Source: Vicugna vicugna
Lineage: Eukaryota
DNA length: 64,000 nt
Direction: 5' to 3'
NCBI GenBank assembly: GCA_013265495.1
Contig: MU058000.1
Coordinates: forward strand, 1,922,001 to 1,986,000
Part shown: positions 13,501-28,131 of the stretch, one piece after another
How the letters are laid out: every line of letters begins with the position of its first letter
How positions within the stretch are numbered: the stretch's first letter is position 1
Translations under genes and position numbers: made by a program
The notes under the pieces: model-generated
Told to the model about the DNA's origin: nothing
The model's database searches: none
What the model saw: the letters and a program-made list of their open reading frames with translations, nothing else

Positions 13501-14280
13501 AATTATGTAAGTATGTAATAAAAATACATTGCTTTTACTTTTAGAAATAATTTTATTCTTGAAAATACATTTGAATAGGACTGTATATATGTAAGTGATA
13601 TACAGTCAATAGAATATAAGATAAAAATAATAAATAAACCCCCAAGTATTAATTTTTTAATATTTTTTTGTACTCTAAGGTTTTTTTTAAAGTTTGGATT
13701 ATAATTTATAGAAGTCTCCATGTATAAACCCCATACTAGTAACAATCAAGAATACTAACCAAATAAACAGCCCTTACAAGGATCAAAGAAGGCCTGATTA
13801 CTCACATCCCCTGAATTATTTTTTTTTGTTAGTTATATGTTTACTATAGGTATTTATTTGGTACGTCCCTAGGGAGTTTACAATGAGTTTTGCCTCCAAA
13901 TGGCCCCCGTTGCCAGTAGCTCAATTTTGGGGGCCAGACTGATAGATCAGTGTTCTGCCAAATGTATACACAGACAATATATTTTGTTACCATTTTTCAA
14001 ACATGCACATACAAATAACATGTATGTAGTCATTTCTCAAATATGAATTACGTTGTATTGCTTTTACCTCTGTTTAGTTGCATATACACATTTCATTCCC
14101 AGTTCTGGATTTTGTTTGATATCTTTGAAACAAGGCGAATAGACCCTGAATTTGCACATTGCATGTGCATGTTTGAAAAAGTATGCACTCAGTAGTAAAT
14201 TTGGAAAAACAAAGCAAAATAAACATCTTCTTGCCCTGCTAATTCATTCATTTACCTCTTCATGTGCCAGCTAGAAACAA

Positions 14281-14414
14281 TTTCTTTCTCTCTCTCTCCG
14301 TCCCTCCCTCTTTCTTCCTTTCTTTTTTTTTCTTTTTTTCTTTTCCTTTTTTCCCTTTCCCCCCCTTTTCCCCCTTTTTTCTTTCTTTTTTCTTTTTTTT
14401 CTTTCTTTCTTCCT
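14281..14414. repeat. CT-rich polypyrimidine low-complexity tract
   Basis: Almost pure C/T run, probably the decayed tail of the adjacent L1. Confidence 0.85.
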
Positions 14415-14545
14415 AGTAAACTTTATTTTTTAGAGCAGTTTTAGGTTCACAGCAAAACTGCACAGATAAGGAGATTCCCTGTATACTCCCTGCTCTTACA
14501 CACGCACAGCCTCCCCCACTATCAACATCCACCACCAGAGTGAAA
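14415..14545 (-). mobile_element. L1MB-like 3' end
   Basis: 'actttattttttagagcagttttaggttcacagcaaaactg...cagcctcccccactatcaacatcc'. Confidence 0.8.
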
Positions 14546-17500
14546 ACAGCTATTTTTGATCTATGCTTTAAGATACATTTAGCCTAACTGTTAAGAGTAG
14601 AACTATTGTACTCTTTTTTGCCTTTTCCATTAAAATCTTCTTAGCTGACTTTCTCCCCACTCTCCCGTGGAGTTCAGCTAGCAAGTCCGTTTAGAGCAAA
14701 GGTTTGGTGAGCGAGGCTTATTCTAGCTTTATTCCTTGGCAGAGTATTTACACTGCCCAAGGCACCTCAGCCTCTGCTAACTACTGATTTTAATGGATTT
14801 GGTTGGCCATTCCTAGTCCATCTGTCTGCAATAAAACAAAGATCCCTTCAACCCCTATAGGAATTTCAGAGCTATGAAAACTCAGAAAATGCCACCTGGG
14901 AGATTACCTCCCTCTTTGGCAAAGATTAAAGTGTTCTTCTGGGATTGATTTGTGCTCATCCGAGCTTTTGAATAGCTACTTTTCTCACAGCTCTGTAAAA
15001 AAGTTTCCTTTCCAGTGAAATACCCCCTCTCACAAACCCAGCAATGCTGTGATAGCAATATTCAAATACTTGAACTAGCAAACATCTTTCTAAGGAGAGC
15101 TATTGTGATAGGGCCGAATTTACTCCTAAAAATCTCTGAGACAACATCCCTGCATCTCTTTTTCACTTGCTGTGAAAACTCCTGGAAGATAGAGGGGGAT
15201 GTTTCATTCTGAATTACCGTGGAGACTTCCAAAGTCTTTGGGCAGATTATCCCAGGACAAAAACAGTGACAGCCTGAAAGTTTAGAAACAGGTGTAAATA
15301 GATTTCAATTCTTCTGTGAAGACTGAGACTCTGAAAAAAATTTCAGGCTCTCACTCTCTCACTTAGATCTTTAATTCTTAACCTCTTACAGCTCAATGGG
15401 GGCAAAGTTGACTCCTGGCTCCAGAGCTGAAAGCTTTCAGTTTCCAGAAAACTTGTGGATTTAAGCTTAAGGAAAACAAATGCCAAGATGCGGTAGCCTC
15501 CATGATTTATATCTCTAGTCATTATCGTTAATATTTTCCTTCTCTATTATAAATGCCTAGAAACTGTCACATGAAATCTAAGGAATGTTATTGCTCAAAC
15601 AACAAAGAGAATAGAGCAACTTAATGCATTTTATCATTTTATAGGAGGCAAACTAAAGTGAATAAGTACCATGAATCATAAAAGGAACCGTATTTTTAAA
15701 AAGCCTAACAGAGAGGCTAATAAAAACGAAAGCTTTCCTATTTCACTCAGTCCTCTGCAGAGAAAGAAAAGGCAAGCATTGAAGCTGAGGGGCTTGGCAC
15801 TCTGAGCCAGGGATCATGCACAGTTGTCTAGGCACTGTTTTCAGCCTTCCCGTCTAAGGTCATGAGGGAAACATGTCTGTGTGGGACAGCTGAGACCTTC
15901 GTAACTATCTGGAGGATTATGTCAACCTGCAAGAGGATGAGTAAAAGGCACTTGGGGCTGGATATCTTGATCACCGAAGGTCTGTTGCCTTTGCTGTCAG
16001 AGCTTGTCCCCAGCCTGGTAATCTCACAGTTTGCTTTGCTAGAGCAGCCATTGTCTGTGACTGTTGCCGTTAGAAACACTTGCAAGGTCCAGACAGGGAT
16101 TCTCCTTCTAGCTGCTGCTCAGTGAAGGAGTAGTTGGGCATGCGTAGTTCACTGAGAGTGGCTGCAGAGAAGGCACTGGCTTCTGTCTGGAGGGAATTTC
16201 CAGTTGCCCTACCTTGGTGACACACAGGAGATGCTCTGCCCCATATGGAATGAAGCCAAGACCATCGGACTCCTCTGACTGAGGACTGTGAACTGGGATT
16301 CCTACAGAGATTTCAAAAGAACAGGGTCCAGACTTTAGTTTGAAGTCATTCAGCACTCCTTTTTCTTCAGCTGCAGATTTCCCTCAGATTCCTCTTTAAA
16401 GTTAGGGCACCTATGGGTTTGTGCTTGTAAAAGAAAAAGACACAGAGGTTTTCCTTAATGCTCTGAGTGCAGAGTTGACTGGTCAGCTCATCATATTCTG
16501 CTTATTTGAAAACATGGTATAGATTTTTTTGTTTTTAGGAAAAAAAAACCTCCATAGTAGTTCACTGAATATTTTAAATTAATGATTTTCATGAGAGAAT
16601 ACTCTAATTAAATAGTGAAATAAATTCATGTGTGTTGCTGCTCACCTCCAACCCAGCAGAGGTAAGAAGTAAAAGTAGACAGTTGAAAGAAGCTGAGGAC
16701 GGGAAATATGTCTGAAGAGGGAAGATGTGGAATGCTGTACCTGTGATGAAAACAAAGGGAGTTCATTTGGATTTCATGTGGAAAAGATTTTCTCCTATCT
16801 TTTCCTAAGGGAGTGCAATAGAAAATATTTTCCACCAAAAATAAAACGTGGAATGTATTGAATGGGACTGTGCATTTATTTGTCTGTTGGAGGCTGGCAT
16901 TGAGAAATAAAAGGGTGTATATATGAAAAAAATTTTTAGTACGTCTTCTTCATTGGAAAAAGTGATACATTTTGGAGAAAAAATGAGATATTCTCTGGAT
17001 TAATGAGCTCAATTTCCAGCTTTAAAAATGCAGTTTCATATTTAGCCAGCAGAAGGTACACTGCACCAAGGGCTGAATTACAAACTAGTCTGGTACAGTG
17101 GGCTCATAAATCAGTTTGGGTAGTAGGTTGAGTTATGTTCTTAATCATGGAAGGATACTTTCGCTTGAAACTATTCTTTCTCATATTTCTAGTAGTCTCT
17201 CTTATTTATGGGCATGCTGGAATCTGGCCAAAGCTTTTCCCTTAGGTAAAATGACAACATCTTAATTAGGAATGTTTGGTCTATGGAACAAGTTGCCGAA
17301 GAGCGATCCCATTGTTCTAATGCACTGACATCCATCATCAGCCTGCTCCCTATGCCCCTAGGTAGAAACACAGGGCTGGAAGACATCTGAATCATTTTTT
17401 TGATTCCAGGACTGTCTAGTTATATATTGTTTAAAAAGGCAAATCATATTCTCTGGAGCTCAGCCTTATCGTCTTTCAAGTGTCTGTCGCAATTCCTAGT

Positions 17501-18769
17501 AGACTTGTGAAAATTAAATAAATTTAAATCAAAGAAATGACTTTCCCCGAAAGGCGTAAGATAAACAAATACCGGATGATGTTGATAGTACTCTTATCTA
17601 GAGCCAAGTGTTATAATTCTCAGGTGAGCAAAACGTGCTATATTATGATTTTAGCTATTAATTCCTTAGCAATATAATAGAAAATCTGAATTTCTTGTGT
17701 AGCTTGCAGTTTGCTCACCTGAAAAGCTGCAGAGAATACATGTCATATGCTCAAGAAATATTTGTGAATGCAAAGGAGGAGACATCACAGCAAAATAAAA
17801 ACAAGCAAGAAAGCTAACTAGAATCCTGCTCTCTGAGAAAACTCAAAATACCCATGAGAGGTGCGTGGGAGAGGAAAACTTTCCCTTTGAGTATCTGAAC
17901 ATTACCTTGTAGCTTATAAGAAAACGAGCAAGGATCTAAGGAAGATCTCTATGTAATTTCCAACATCCCAAGTATAAAGGAACAAAATTTCTTCTTGTTT
18001 GTTATATATCTCCTAAGTATTTCTTTGGACTTTGAAGGAAACTTAAAATGATGTGTGTGTGTCTCTGTGTGTGTCTGTGTGTGTGTGCGTGCGTATGGTG
18101 TTTCATGTAGGATTGTGTATGTGTCGTCATAGATGGGATGAGTTCACAGTTCAGGACAAGTGTGAAAAAGTGCTGATCTGTATCAAGTTTTAGTGATTTC
18201 AGAAATAAGGAAAATTCCAACTTTCTGAAACACTAAACTACACATCTTATGACAAAATATTTTGTTATTATGAAAATTGGCACTTGTCAAACCTTATTCA
18301 AGAGTATTTTAATCTTCAAGCCTGCTACCCTTATCAAACCCTTTAGAAGTGCAAAGCAAGTCTTTCTTAAGAAAGACCTGAGCAAATGTGAAGACCTGCT
18401 CTGCTACATCTAGGTAAGAATGTTGAATTCTGAAAGAGCTGTCAAATCATGCCCTGAGTCACAATAAAAAATGATGCAAAGATCAGAAACATTAAGATCT
18501 GTTTTAGATTAAGAACACCAACTCCTTATTAGCAGTGTTGTCAAATCTGGTATACCACTTACTGAGGTGGCAATAGCTAATGAAATGCAAGTGGTATTTT
18601 GTTAAATCTAAAACATTTGAAAGTTTAAAAAAAAAGTAAAAGAGGGATGTCACTTCTGCTGTTCTTCACTGATTGCTGTTGCTCATTGTTTTCAAAGACT
18701 AAATAACTGGCCACTCTTGCCTTTCTCAGAGAATCTATTTTTCTTCTTAAAATGATAGCCTAAGTGTTC

Positions 18770-18995
18770 TTTATTTTTTTAACGCTTGTTATTTTGAAAT
18801 AGGTTAAGACTCACAAGAAGTTGCACAAATAGTGTGGAGAATTCCTATATACTGTTCACCCAGCTTTCCCCAATGATAACATCTTACATAAACATAATAC
18901 ATTGTCAAAACCAGGAAATTGACATTGGTACAATTATATTAACTCAACTACAGACCTTATTCAGATTTCACTAGCTTTGCTATGCACTCCTTTTT
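18770..18995 (-). mobile_element. L1MC-like 3' end
   Basis: 'ttattttgaaataggttaagactcacaagaagttgcacaaatag...tcaaaaccaggaaattgacattggtacaat'. Confidence 0.8.
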
Positions 18996-21900
18996 CTCCC
19001 CCTTCTGGGAATCTTTGAGTTGCTTAAATCTCTAACTGGTTATCAATTATAATTATTATGTGATACAGAAACAAATGATTGACCAGTGGTGACACTTAAA
19101 ATGAGCAATGCTAAACCATAAGTCCCATCTGTTTTCACTTACTTTGGAAAGTTCCTGTCTTTAGCCTACTTAATCATTGCTACCCCCTTTCTTCTTCAAA
19201 CTTCCCTCCCAGTACTAGTATTCAGATAACAGCTGCCTAAAATAAGGTTTGACATTTTTGAGTGTTTTATCTTTGATAAGCTCAAGGGGGTCATTTCCAT
19301 AAATTCTACAGATGCTTTCTGACATTAATACTGACAAATTAAAGAAATGAACACAATTTGTAAATCTAAGAGCTTGTCAAGGATAGAGGACTTTTGTTTA
19401 TTTCTACCTGGTGAACACCTGGGTTCAGCCTGCTAAGGAACAGTGAACACCATTGTTTGGAATAGAAAAGCCAGTCTCAAGGAGACTCCCCTACTGCTAA
19501 ATGGGCACCAAGGCAGTACTTTGGTACTCTTTAGGGTAATATACTTTAAGTGTGTCATATTTAAAAAAAAATAGAGAAAGAGAGGGAGAGATCATGGCCG
19601 TTTGTGATCATTAAATATACATGTCCTTGTGGTTGAATTGTTAAGCATCATTGCTATTCAGTATGTCATCAGAAGGCTTTAAAAAGGTTTATGTAAAGGG
19701 ATAATGGGCTGTACAGGAATCAGTGCATAGGTGAGAAAATCATCACTGTTGTGCACAAATGGAGGAAAAATTGACCTAGTTAACTAATATTACGTGAACT
19801 AGATCGATAGTTTATTAAACAAAAGATGGCCATGGCCATCTCTCTAATTATTTTCAATGGAAAAGCAGGAAATCAGGGCCACTTTTAATCAGCCATCAGC
19901 CCAGTGACTTAGATAAAACTTGGTAGTCCAAACAGTGAACATCTAATTTTTTTAAACTCCAGAACACTAAAGCACCTTTTCCGGAGACATATAACCTCCT
20001 CTAACTACTGCTTATGTACCCGACTAATAGAGGTGGTTTAAAAGAGATTGTAATAAATCACTCTACTTTCTCATACTACTTTCAGTTCTCAAGTTCAGAC
20101 CAGACTAGCTAATAACATATATTTTCACGTCATTGTTTCTTCCATAAATGAAGGCAAATGCTCTTGGGCTCTGGCAAGCCTGGGTGGGAAATGATGGCTG
20201 GGGAGGGGCAACGTGAAGTTAGTGGACCTACAAGGTTAGGCTTGTGAGTATGGGACACTTAAGTTGTTTCAAGAGTGCATATTTGAAGGAGTTCCCAAGT
20301 AACAAAAGAGAATGAATAGCTTGGTAGAGAGATTTTTTTTGCCTGTATTATAGTTTTATTTTTCTTTTTCCCTAAATAGTATTTATGATGGGATATGAAA
20401 GCAATCTTGTCAATCCCAGGCATCTGGGACATTGAAATAGAAGAATGGTTGGGCATCTTAACAGCGAAAGGAGATTTACAGAGCACTGTTACCCACCTGG
20501 GCCTCTCTCTGTCCACTGAGGGAACTTCAGAGTCTGCAGAGTTACAGATTAGGCCTTCTGTCACCTCACACTCCCTCTCACAGGAATTTATCCAGCTAGT
20601 TTTACTGGGCTATAGCTGTGAGGGGGTGGGATCAAGAGGTCTTTATTTCAGGCTCTATAATTCAATTGTGAAATGGAAGGTCTTGTCGAAAGTTGTCGGA
20701 AGTCTAACGATTAGCTACTGACAATCATTGTTGGCTGGCCAGCTGTGACTGTGATGGCCTTCAGCTTTGTACTTGTCAAAATTCATGTATGTAGGTTCCT
20801 TCTATGAGGATACATTTATCATTTTTAAGTCATTAAGTTAATGATAATGAACATATCAATTATGCGATACAAAAAAATCGGATACTGAAAATAAACAATT
20901 CTATATATGCCAGAGTTTGCAGTCTGAGTTTAGATAGGCAAGAAAACACGCAGAATTCAGTACAAATGATAATACAGGATGCCCTGGGAGCACACAGGCT
21001 ACTGACCCCGGGGGGAGAGAAAGGAAGGGAGGGCCTTCCGGGGCTCTTGATGTTCGGATGCTCATCACATGCATGTAAAATGAAACCCACTCTCAAAGCT
21101 TTGGTCAAAATTATCTCTTTTCTCTGATCCCAGAGCAGTTGTTGTTTGTAGCTTTCATGAAGCATTTCATTATGTTATCTCTTCATGTTTATTATTCTGT
21201 CATCCTTGTTACGTGGTGAGTCCTTTGAAGGCAGAGACCTGCTCCCCAGGCCTTACCAGCTGTGAGTACAAATGGGGTCATGCGAGCAACAAATTTCAAT
21301 GTCCCACCTGTGTAGTAGCAGAGACTTTGGTACGTAGCTAAAATTCTTAAATGGTGGTTTCTGAATGTTCTTGGATAGTTTTTCTGATTAAAAACTCACA
21401 TCCAGTTCTCTCATGTAATCCCCTACATTTTTACCCTCTGTCAGCTCTCTGCAGTGTCCTTCCAACATGGGTGGTGCCCACCTGCCAATGACACACCAGC
21501 ACCAAGGGTGCTGCCTCTTTGCGTTGCCCCTGCCACAGGGGTCCTGCTCCCAGGTTTCCCTTGGCTCCTTGAGCGCTGATGCTGATCCCATCATGGCCCT
21601 TGTGTCTCTGTGTCTCAAGTGAAATAGCTCCGTATCTTTGCATCCACTCCCTTCAAGTGCTTAGCTCTTGAGGAAGGGCCTGGAGACTTCCACCATACTT
21701 TCTTCTTCCACTCCCTGCCTATTCCTCAAAATCATGACCACTGCTGAATCCAGCCTCTTTCCTCCCAGTTCATGCAAATTGACATCTGAGGGCCACTCTA
21801 TGCACGACTTTTTTGGGCACACTCCTTAGGCTCAGCCATGTCATCACTGCTCATGGTCTTCTGAATCATCTACTCCCAGTCAAAAGAAGTGTTTACTAAT

Positions 21901-22375
21901 TGGTTCATAACCACATCCATTATGAGACAGCACCACCTAACATCAGGCAGCTGGAAAGAAAAAAAAAAAAGGACTTTTTCCTGTTCCAGAAACCAAAGCA
22001 AATATGGGTGGCATGAAGAAAAAAAAAATGTAGCCCACTGTGCCACAAGACTGACAATACGGCAGTAATATGTCTGGCAAACTGCCTTCTCCACAAATTG
22101 ATTTTTCATTTCATCTCTAGATTTACTGTCACACTTCAACTGGGAGTACAGTTATGACTGAATTGAGATTCATTTATACTCATTCCTTATGCTACAATAT
22201 AATAAATATTTTTATCACCAAAGTTTTCTTGCATGTATTATTATCAATCATAGAATTTGTCTCATAGTTGATTGTATGAAATCAAAAGAAGTAACATTCT
22301 TTAGAGTGCAGGGTACCTGAAGGAGGTTCACGTAAAAAATCCACATGGATGTATTAAATGCCATCAAACATGGGG

Positions 22376-22425
22376 ACACACACACACACGCACGCGCACA
22401 CACACGTGCACACACACACACACAC
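22376..22425. repeat. (CA)n/(CG) imperfect microsatellite
   Basis: Direct reading. Confidence 0.9.
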
Positions 22426-22558
22426 TGGATCAGTCTCTAGTGCTTTGTAAGTGAAAGTGGTTCCAGAGCCTGGTTTAGAGTCTATCTCAAAGTTTACCTA
22501 AAATAACTTAGTTATCCTTCATTAAAAAGTTTCTATTAGCTGCTTTTTCTTAATGGCC

Positions 22559-23297
22559 TTTATTATTTTTTTAAATTGAAATATAGTGGGTTTACAATGT
22601 TGTATTCATTTCTAGTGTGCAGCATAATGTTTCAGTTATACATATACATATATTCCTTTTCATATTCTTTTCCATTATAGGTTACTAGAAGATATTGAAT
22701 ATAGTTCCCTGTGCTATACAGTAGGACCTTATTGTTTATCTATTTTATATATAGTAGTTAGTATCTGGAAATCTCCAAATCCCAATTTATCCCTCCACCC
22801 CCTCTCCCCACCTGGTAACTGTAAGTTTTTTTTCTATGTCTGATTCTGTTTCTGTTTTGTAAATAAATTCATTTGTACCATTTTTTTTTTTTTAGATTCC
22901 ACATATAGGTGATATCATATGGTATTTTCCTGTCTCTTTTTGGGTTACTTCACTTAGTTTGACAATCTCCAGTTTCATCCATGTTGCTGCAAATGGCATT
23001 ATTTTATTCTTTTTTATGACTGAGTAGTATTCATATATATACCACAACTAATTTATTAATTCATCTATCAGCAGACATTTAAGTTGCTTCCATGTCTTGG
23101 CTATTGTAAATAGTACTACAAACATTGGGGTGCATGTATCTTTCAAATTAGAGGGACCCTCCTACACTGTTGGTGGGAATGTAGTTTGGTGCAGCTATTA
23201 TGGAAAACAGTATGGAGATTCCTTAAAAAACTAAAAATAGACTTACCATGTGATCCAGCAATCCCACTCCTGGGCATATATCCATAGGAAACTCTAA
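22559..23297 (-). mobile_element. Camelid-type L1 3' end with 5' inversion (twin priming)
   Basis: 22559-23153 is an antisense L1 3'UTR/ORF2 end. 23153-23297 is the immediately upstream L1 sequence in + orientation ('ccctcctacactgttggtgggaatgta...ggaaactctaa'). Confidence 0.85.
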
Positions 23298-23539
23298 CTC
23301 TAATCCATTAGCTGTTGATATTTGTTGGAATAAGGAACAGAATATTGGCCCCCATTTACTGAGGGACTTGGCATTTGTACATGAGGGTGTTGAATATAAT
23401 GTCATAGTATAAAGATAAGGCTAATGCTTAAAGTAATATATGGGAATTCTTGTACAATATCCATGCAAGTAGATTAGTATTGATGGAGAGTGTGACGGAT
23501 TAAATTAGTGATTTTTTTTCCTCAGAGTGATGACAGAAG

Positions 23540-23760
23540 TAAAAAAAAAAAAATACACAAGAAACGCATAATACTTCTTAAGGCCTGGGCTCAAAATTCA
23601 GCACTGTCATTCCTGCTTCATCCCTTGGCCCAACACAAGTTTAAGTGGCCAAGCTCAAAAGCAAGGGATGGAGAAATATACTCTGCCTGTGATGATGCCT
23701 TGGCAAATGTATGGAACAGGGAAGAATGAAGAATTTAGCTCAATAGATCAGTCAGTCACA
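23540..23760 (-). mobile_element. Old MaLR LTR fragment
   Basis: 'aaggcctgggctcaaaattcagcactgtcattcctgc...ttggcc...gggatggagaaatatactctgcct'. Confidence 0.55.
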
Positions 23761-25334
23761 TCATAATTTCATGTCATGTTTCTATTTCTAGTCTGCTTTT
23801 CTGATGAACAAACATGATTAGAAAACTCAGTGTTTTATTCAAAGTTATATTTAAGAGTGAGGGAAAGATGCCTACTGCAGTGACACCCCAAGTATCACAT
23901 AAGGTCTGCTGATGGGCTGCATGGAGCCTCTTGAAAAATGGCAGGCACATCCACAATCTCAAGTTCTTTTTTTTTCTTTTTAAGTATTTTCTGGAATGTA
24001 ACTACAACTCTATAAACTTTAATTTTGAATAATACTAAGAGAGCACATATTGGTAAGCCATCAGATGGGTTATTAAACGTTAATAAAAGTCTAAGTCTTC
24101 CAAAACAATGTGGTACATGGCTCAGGTTTTAAGTTCAGTGCTTAAAGTCTGTCATACCATATTAGCCTTGTGAAGCTCCTAACACAGGCTGCATAGGGGA
24201 AATAGGAATCCCCACCATCTGGGGCAGGGATACGCTGATGTCAGTAATGTTTTGAACTGAAAATAATTTTAAATGGCTGCTTTCCTTACTTTTCATTTAT
24301 AAATGTGCTGATACATCTTAATCATCATTGATTTTATTTGTTGTATGCTTACCATTAGTAAACTTGTTTATAGTGATAGTATTTTAGACTTTTTAAAGAC
24401 TATTTTAAGGCACATAGATGTTGTGTTTAAAAATAACGATCACTTATAATTTTATTTTATTGTAATTCTCCACATGTGCACACATGCCACACACCTCCCC
24501 TTCAGAAGATAAGGTGCAAAATGGAAATTTTCATGGTAAAGTAACTTTTCTGATGGGAAGCAGAAGTGGATTGATTAGAATAGGATGCCATAGAATTGCC
24601 TGTGCAGCCTAATGGGACATGGTTTCCAAGCTGTTATTCTAGATCAAAGTACCTTATATTTTTAGGGCTAAGTTAGGGAAGGTTGTGGATGAAGTGCACC
24701 ATCTGAGACTGCCTCTATTTCTCTCTACAAAGTGGCCCTAATTTGACCTCTCTAGTCTCGGGTACTGTAGGCAGCATTCCTGATTACATATTTAATATTC
24801 TAGTAACTTGGTAGTGTGTAGCATTAGAGGGTGCTATTTATGCAGTTCCTAAATTATCAGAGAATATCTAATCATTTGATCAATCGTCCAGATTTCCTAA
24901 TCACACAGAGTTTGATACAAGTGGTTGAATTTTTCACTTTTGACCCAGGTGTTTTGGTGCTAATTAGTGGTAGTTGTTATTATGAATCTGATTTTTCCCA
25001 AGTGCTGTGGTATGTAGTCTAGGAAATCCCATGTCTTTCTCTTCCTTCTTTTATTTCAAGGATAGGACACCCACAAAGATTTAAAAGGGTAAAGTGAGAT
25101 TTGTAAAGTTTCTTGACAAAGGCAAAGAATGATGCTAACAGTGTACAATAGCTTGGATATTTATTTACCTTTACATTTTATTACTAGATAGTACACAGTG
25201 TACTTTGAACTGACTTGGTAAAAAAATCACTTTGAGTTTCTACCTTAATTCAAGTCTTTTAAAACTTGTGTGGCCTGGTAAGTTACAAGCATAAGATTTG
25301 CCATGTTGAAGCCTCAAGGCATCAAATCATGTAT

Positions 25335-25530
25335 TAGTATAGTCGAGTATAATGAAAAACAAACAAACAAAAAAGCCCAGGGTTTGGAGACAGGGAGAAA
25401 TTGTTCAAATGTTGGTTTAAGAATTACGTATTGTGTCATGTGGGCAAGTCACTTAGCTTTAGTAAAACGTAGCTTCTTCACAAATGACATGGGAAAAATG
25501 TCTACCTTGTAAGATGGTTGTAAAGATTTA
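25335..25530 (+). mobile_element. MIR SINE
   Basis: 'tgtgggcaagtcacttagc...atgggaaaaatgtctaccttgtaagatggttgtaaagatt'. Confidence 0.65.
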
Positions 25531-27367
25531 TGGTGTTAGTTTAACAATGATTTGTGTTCATTCCCCTTAATAAACAACTGCTTAAAATTGATTACTTTTA
25601 CTTCCTTAAATTGAGAAATGATTAGATGCTGCACAGGAAGTCACCACCTCACTTCCATGAATAAAAGAATGGTGGAATTCTTGTATTAGAATGGCTCCTT
25701 CTCCATGTTTGCCCCCTGCATGGCTTTCAGATCTCAGTCTTGTAACAGTTAGTCCAGAAAATGTCATAATGATGACAGCTGGATTATACTAAAGAGAAAT
25801 AAAAATATAATAGGAGAAGAGAATGAAGTTGGATATGTAAGCAGTCAGTCATAACTGGAAGGGGAAATTTTGAGGTTTCCATTGTAAAATCAGTGGAGTC
25901 TAGTAAAGACTCTCTTTTCATTCCCAGAAAATCATAAGTTAATTCTCAGCACCTTGGGGATGATTGATCACCAAAAGACTAATATTATTTCCACAAATGT
26001 GTTGAATTACCTGTAAAAACTAGTTTACAACTGGAGAGAGTTTAAACAAAAGGCTAACATAGAACTCTATCTTTTTGCAAAAGAAATACTTTAAAAATTC
26101 CTTTAATGTGAAAAAAGATGATTTGATGTTGATTTTCAACTTTAATTTCAACTTAAAATTTTAATGTTTTGCTGAGTGAGAAAATATAATACAGTGGGTC
26201 ATGCGGGATAACTTATGGTGATTGTATCAGTGTTTTTGAACTTTGCTTTCTGTAATTTCACAAACAGTAAAGCTAAGAGTAAAAATTATCCCACCATTAT
26301 TTTAAAAGTGTGCTGAGATACTGTAGTCATCGATACAATATCAGTGTAATTGATGAAATGGATTTGAATCAACTGACAGACTTATAATGGGTTATTAATG
26401 AGTTAATGAAGTTAATCAGGTTCGGACCCAGCCTTTGTGTTCTTCATAATATTTTTCTAATTATATACACACATTCATATATGCATATGTACTCATGTAC
26501 ATTTATAAATACCCATAAATAGTATTTATGAAATATAAATGCATGTATTTATTATATATGCCTGTTTTCCTTCAGTGATTTATTCATTCAGCTGCTATAT
26601 CCAGTGAGTTGTGACTTTACTTGATTTCCTAGAGTATGATTCTTGTTTCAGTTTTCCATTGCCATGTTTGTTACAACACACTCCAGAACTTACTGGTTTA
26701 AGTAACAAGCATGATTTGTTCATGATTGTTCAGTCTGAGCTCGGCTGCTGCTTTATCTTGCAGACATTTGATGATAAGAAGGGGAAACAGTACATGCATG
26801 CACACTCCCACACAAATGTTTGTTTTAGAGTGGGGTGGCGGGAGCCTGGAGACATAGCACTCAGTAATTTATAGTAATTCTGAAATTCAGCCAAGCATAT
26901 AGCAGCACCCCCTGCCCTCTATTCTCTTTATTCTGGAGTGGGGAGTGTAAGTTGATTGGGACCCACTTCTGTTCCACTTCACTTAAGAGTAGTTCCCTTC
27001 TTTGCTTGATTTTGAAATCTGGGCCTTTGACTTTTAATGATTAAATTTCCCTAAGAAATGGTTAATGTTTGCATCTGGCTAGTTTTCTCAAGTCGGCTTC
27101 CTCACATTAGAAGTTTTGGAATCCAGAGGTTCTTTTGCATTTTGTACTGTGCCTGTACCTTTTAGACCAAACTGTTACAATTCCTGTAAAAACTTTGAGG
27201 ATCTTTTAAGATTTAAATTGAAGTTCACTTCATTAGACAAAAGCCATGCTCACAAATCTCTCTAAATTAGGCCCAACTCCACTTGGACATAGAGTCAGGA
27301 AGCCCTACAACAGTAAACAGCCTTTGCAGAAGCTCTTCTTTCTAGAAGAGCGTGTCTATGAGGCATG

Positions 27368-27590
27368 TTTTTTTTTTTTTTTAAACTGAAGTATAGTCAG
27401 GCTACAATGTATCAGTTTCTTGATACAGCGTGTTTTAGTCATACATATGCATGCATACATTCCTTTTCATATTCTTTTTAATTATAGGTTACTACAAGAT
27501 ATTGAATATAGTTCCCTGTGCTATGCATATTCAGTAGGACCTTGTTGTTTACCTACTTAATATATAGGAGTTAGTATCTGCAAATCTTGG
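27368..27590 (-). mobile_element. Camelid-type L1 3' end
   Basis: polyT followed by 'aaactgaagtatagtcag...ggttactacaagatattgaatatagttccctgtgctat'; paralogous to the 22.6 kb element. Confidence 0.85.
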
Positions 27591-28131
27591 CATGCTTTTA
27601 AGGCCATTAGGAGCCCCTTTTTCTGTCTGAAATGGTCTGAGGAGCTCTGCTATAAGACCTTTTGAGGTCTTTGGAAAAGTCTTACAGTCACATCTTTGAC
27701 TTGATTTTACTCCTAAGTCCACATTTGGTTTTTGTCTTGAATTTGATTTTTGCCCTGGGGCCACTTCTATTTTGAGAACCTTTTGCTGGATGCAGATGCT
27801 ATGAATTAAAAGTTTTTATTTTCCAACCCAGCAAGTCCAGATTGGAAATGTTTCCTGTAGATTCTGTTCAAAAAGGAAACAGTTTCTTCAGTTTATTTCT
27901 ATCTGTAATTTCTCATAAAAAAGCAAAGGCACCAGTAAACACTTGCAGAATTCTCCCTAGAAATCCGCATAGCAAAATCCTTAAGTTTATTAGGAAAATT
28001 TTCTAATTAGCATAGGTGACAGTTCCTCTAATTATTCTGTTAGTAAATAATTCACATCTCCTTTCCTCAACCTCAAGTGAGAGTTCCTTATTGCTTTTCA
28101 AGCCTGCAATAACACTTTCCTTGGAGTTGTT

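Noticed and set aside
20259..21165. Three ~100-aa ORFs
   Set aside because: No recognisable domain or convincing splice architecture, and lengths are within chance expectation.
26620..28130. Possible old ERVL-MaLR LTR or internal sequence
   Set aside because: It looks repeat-derived but is too diverged for me to assign a family or boundaries without a library search.
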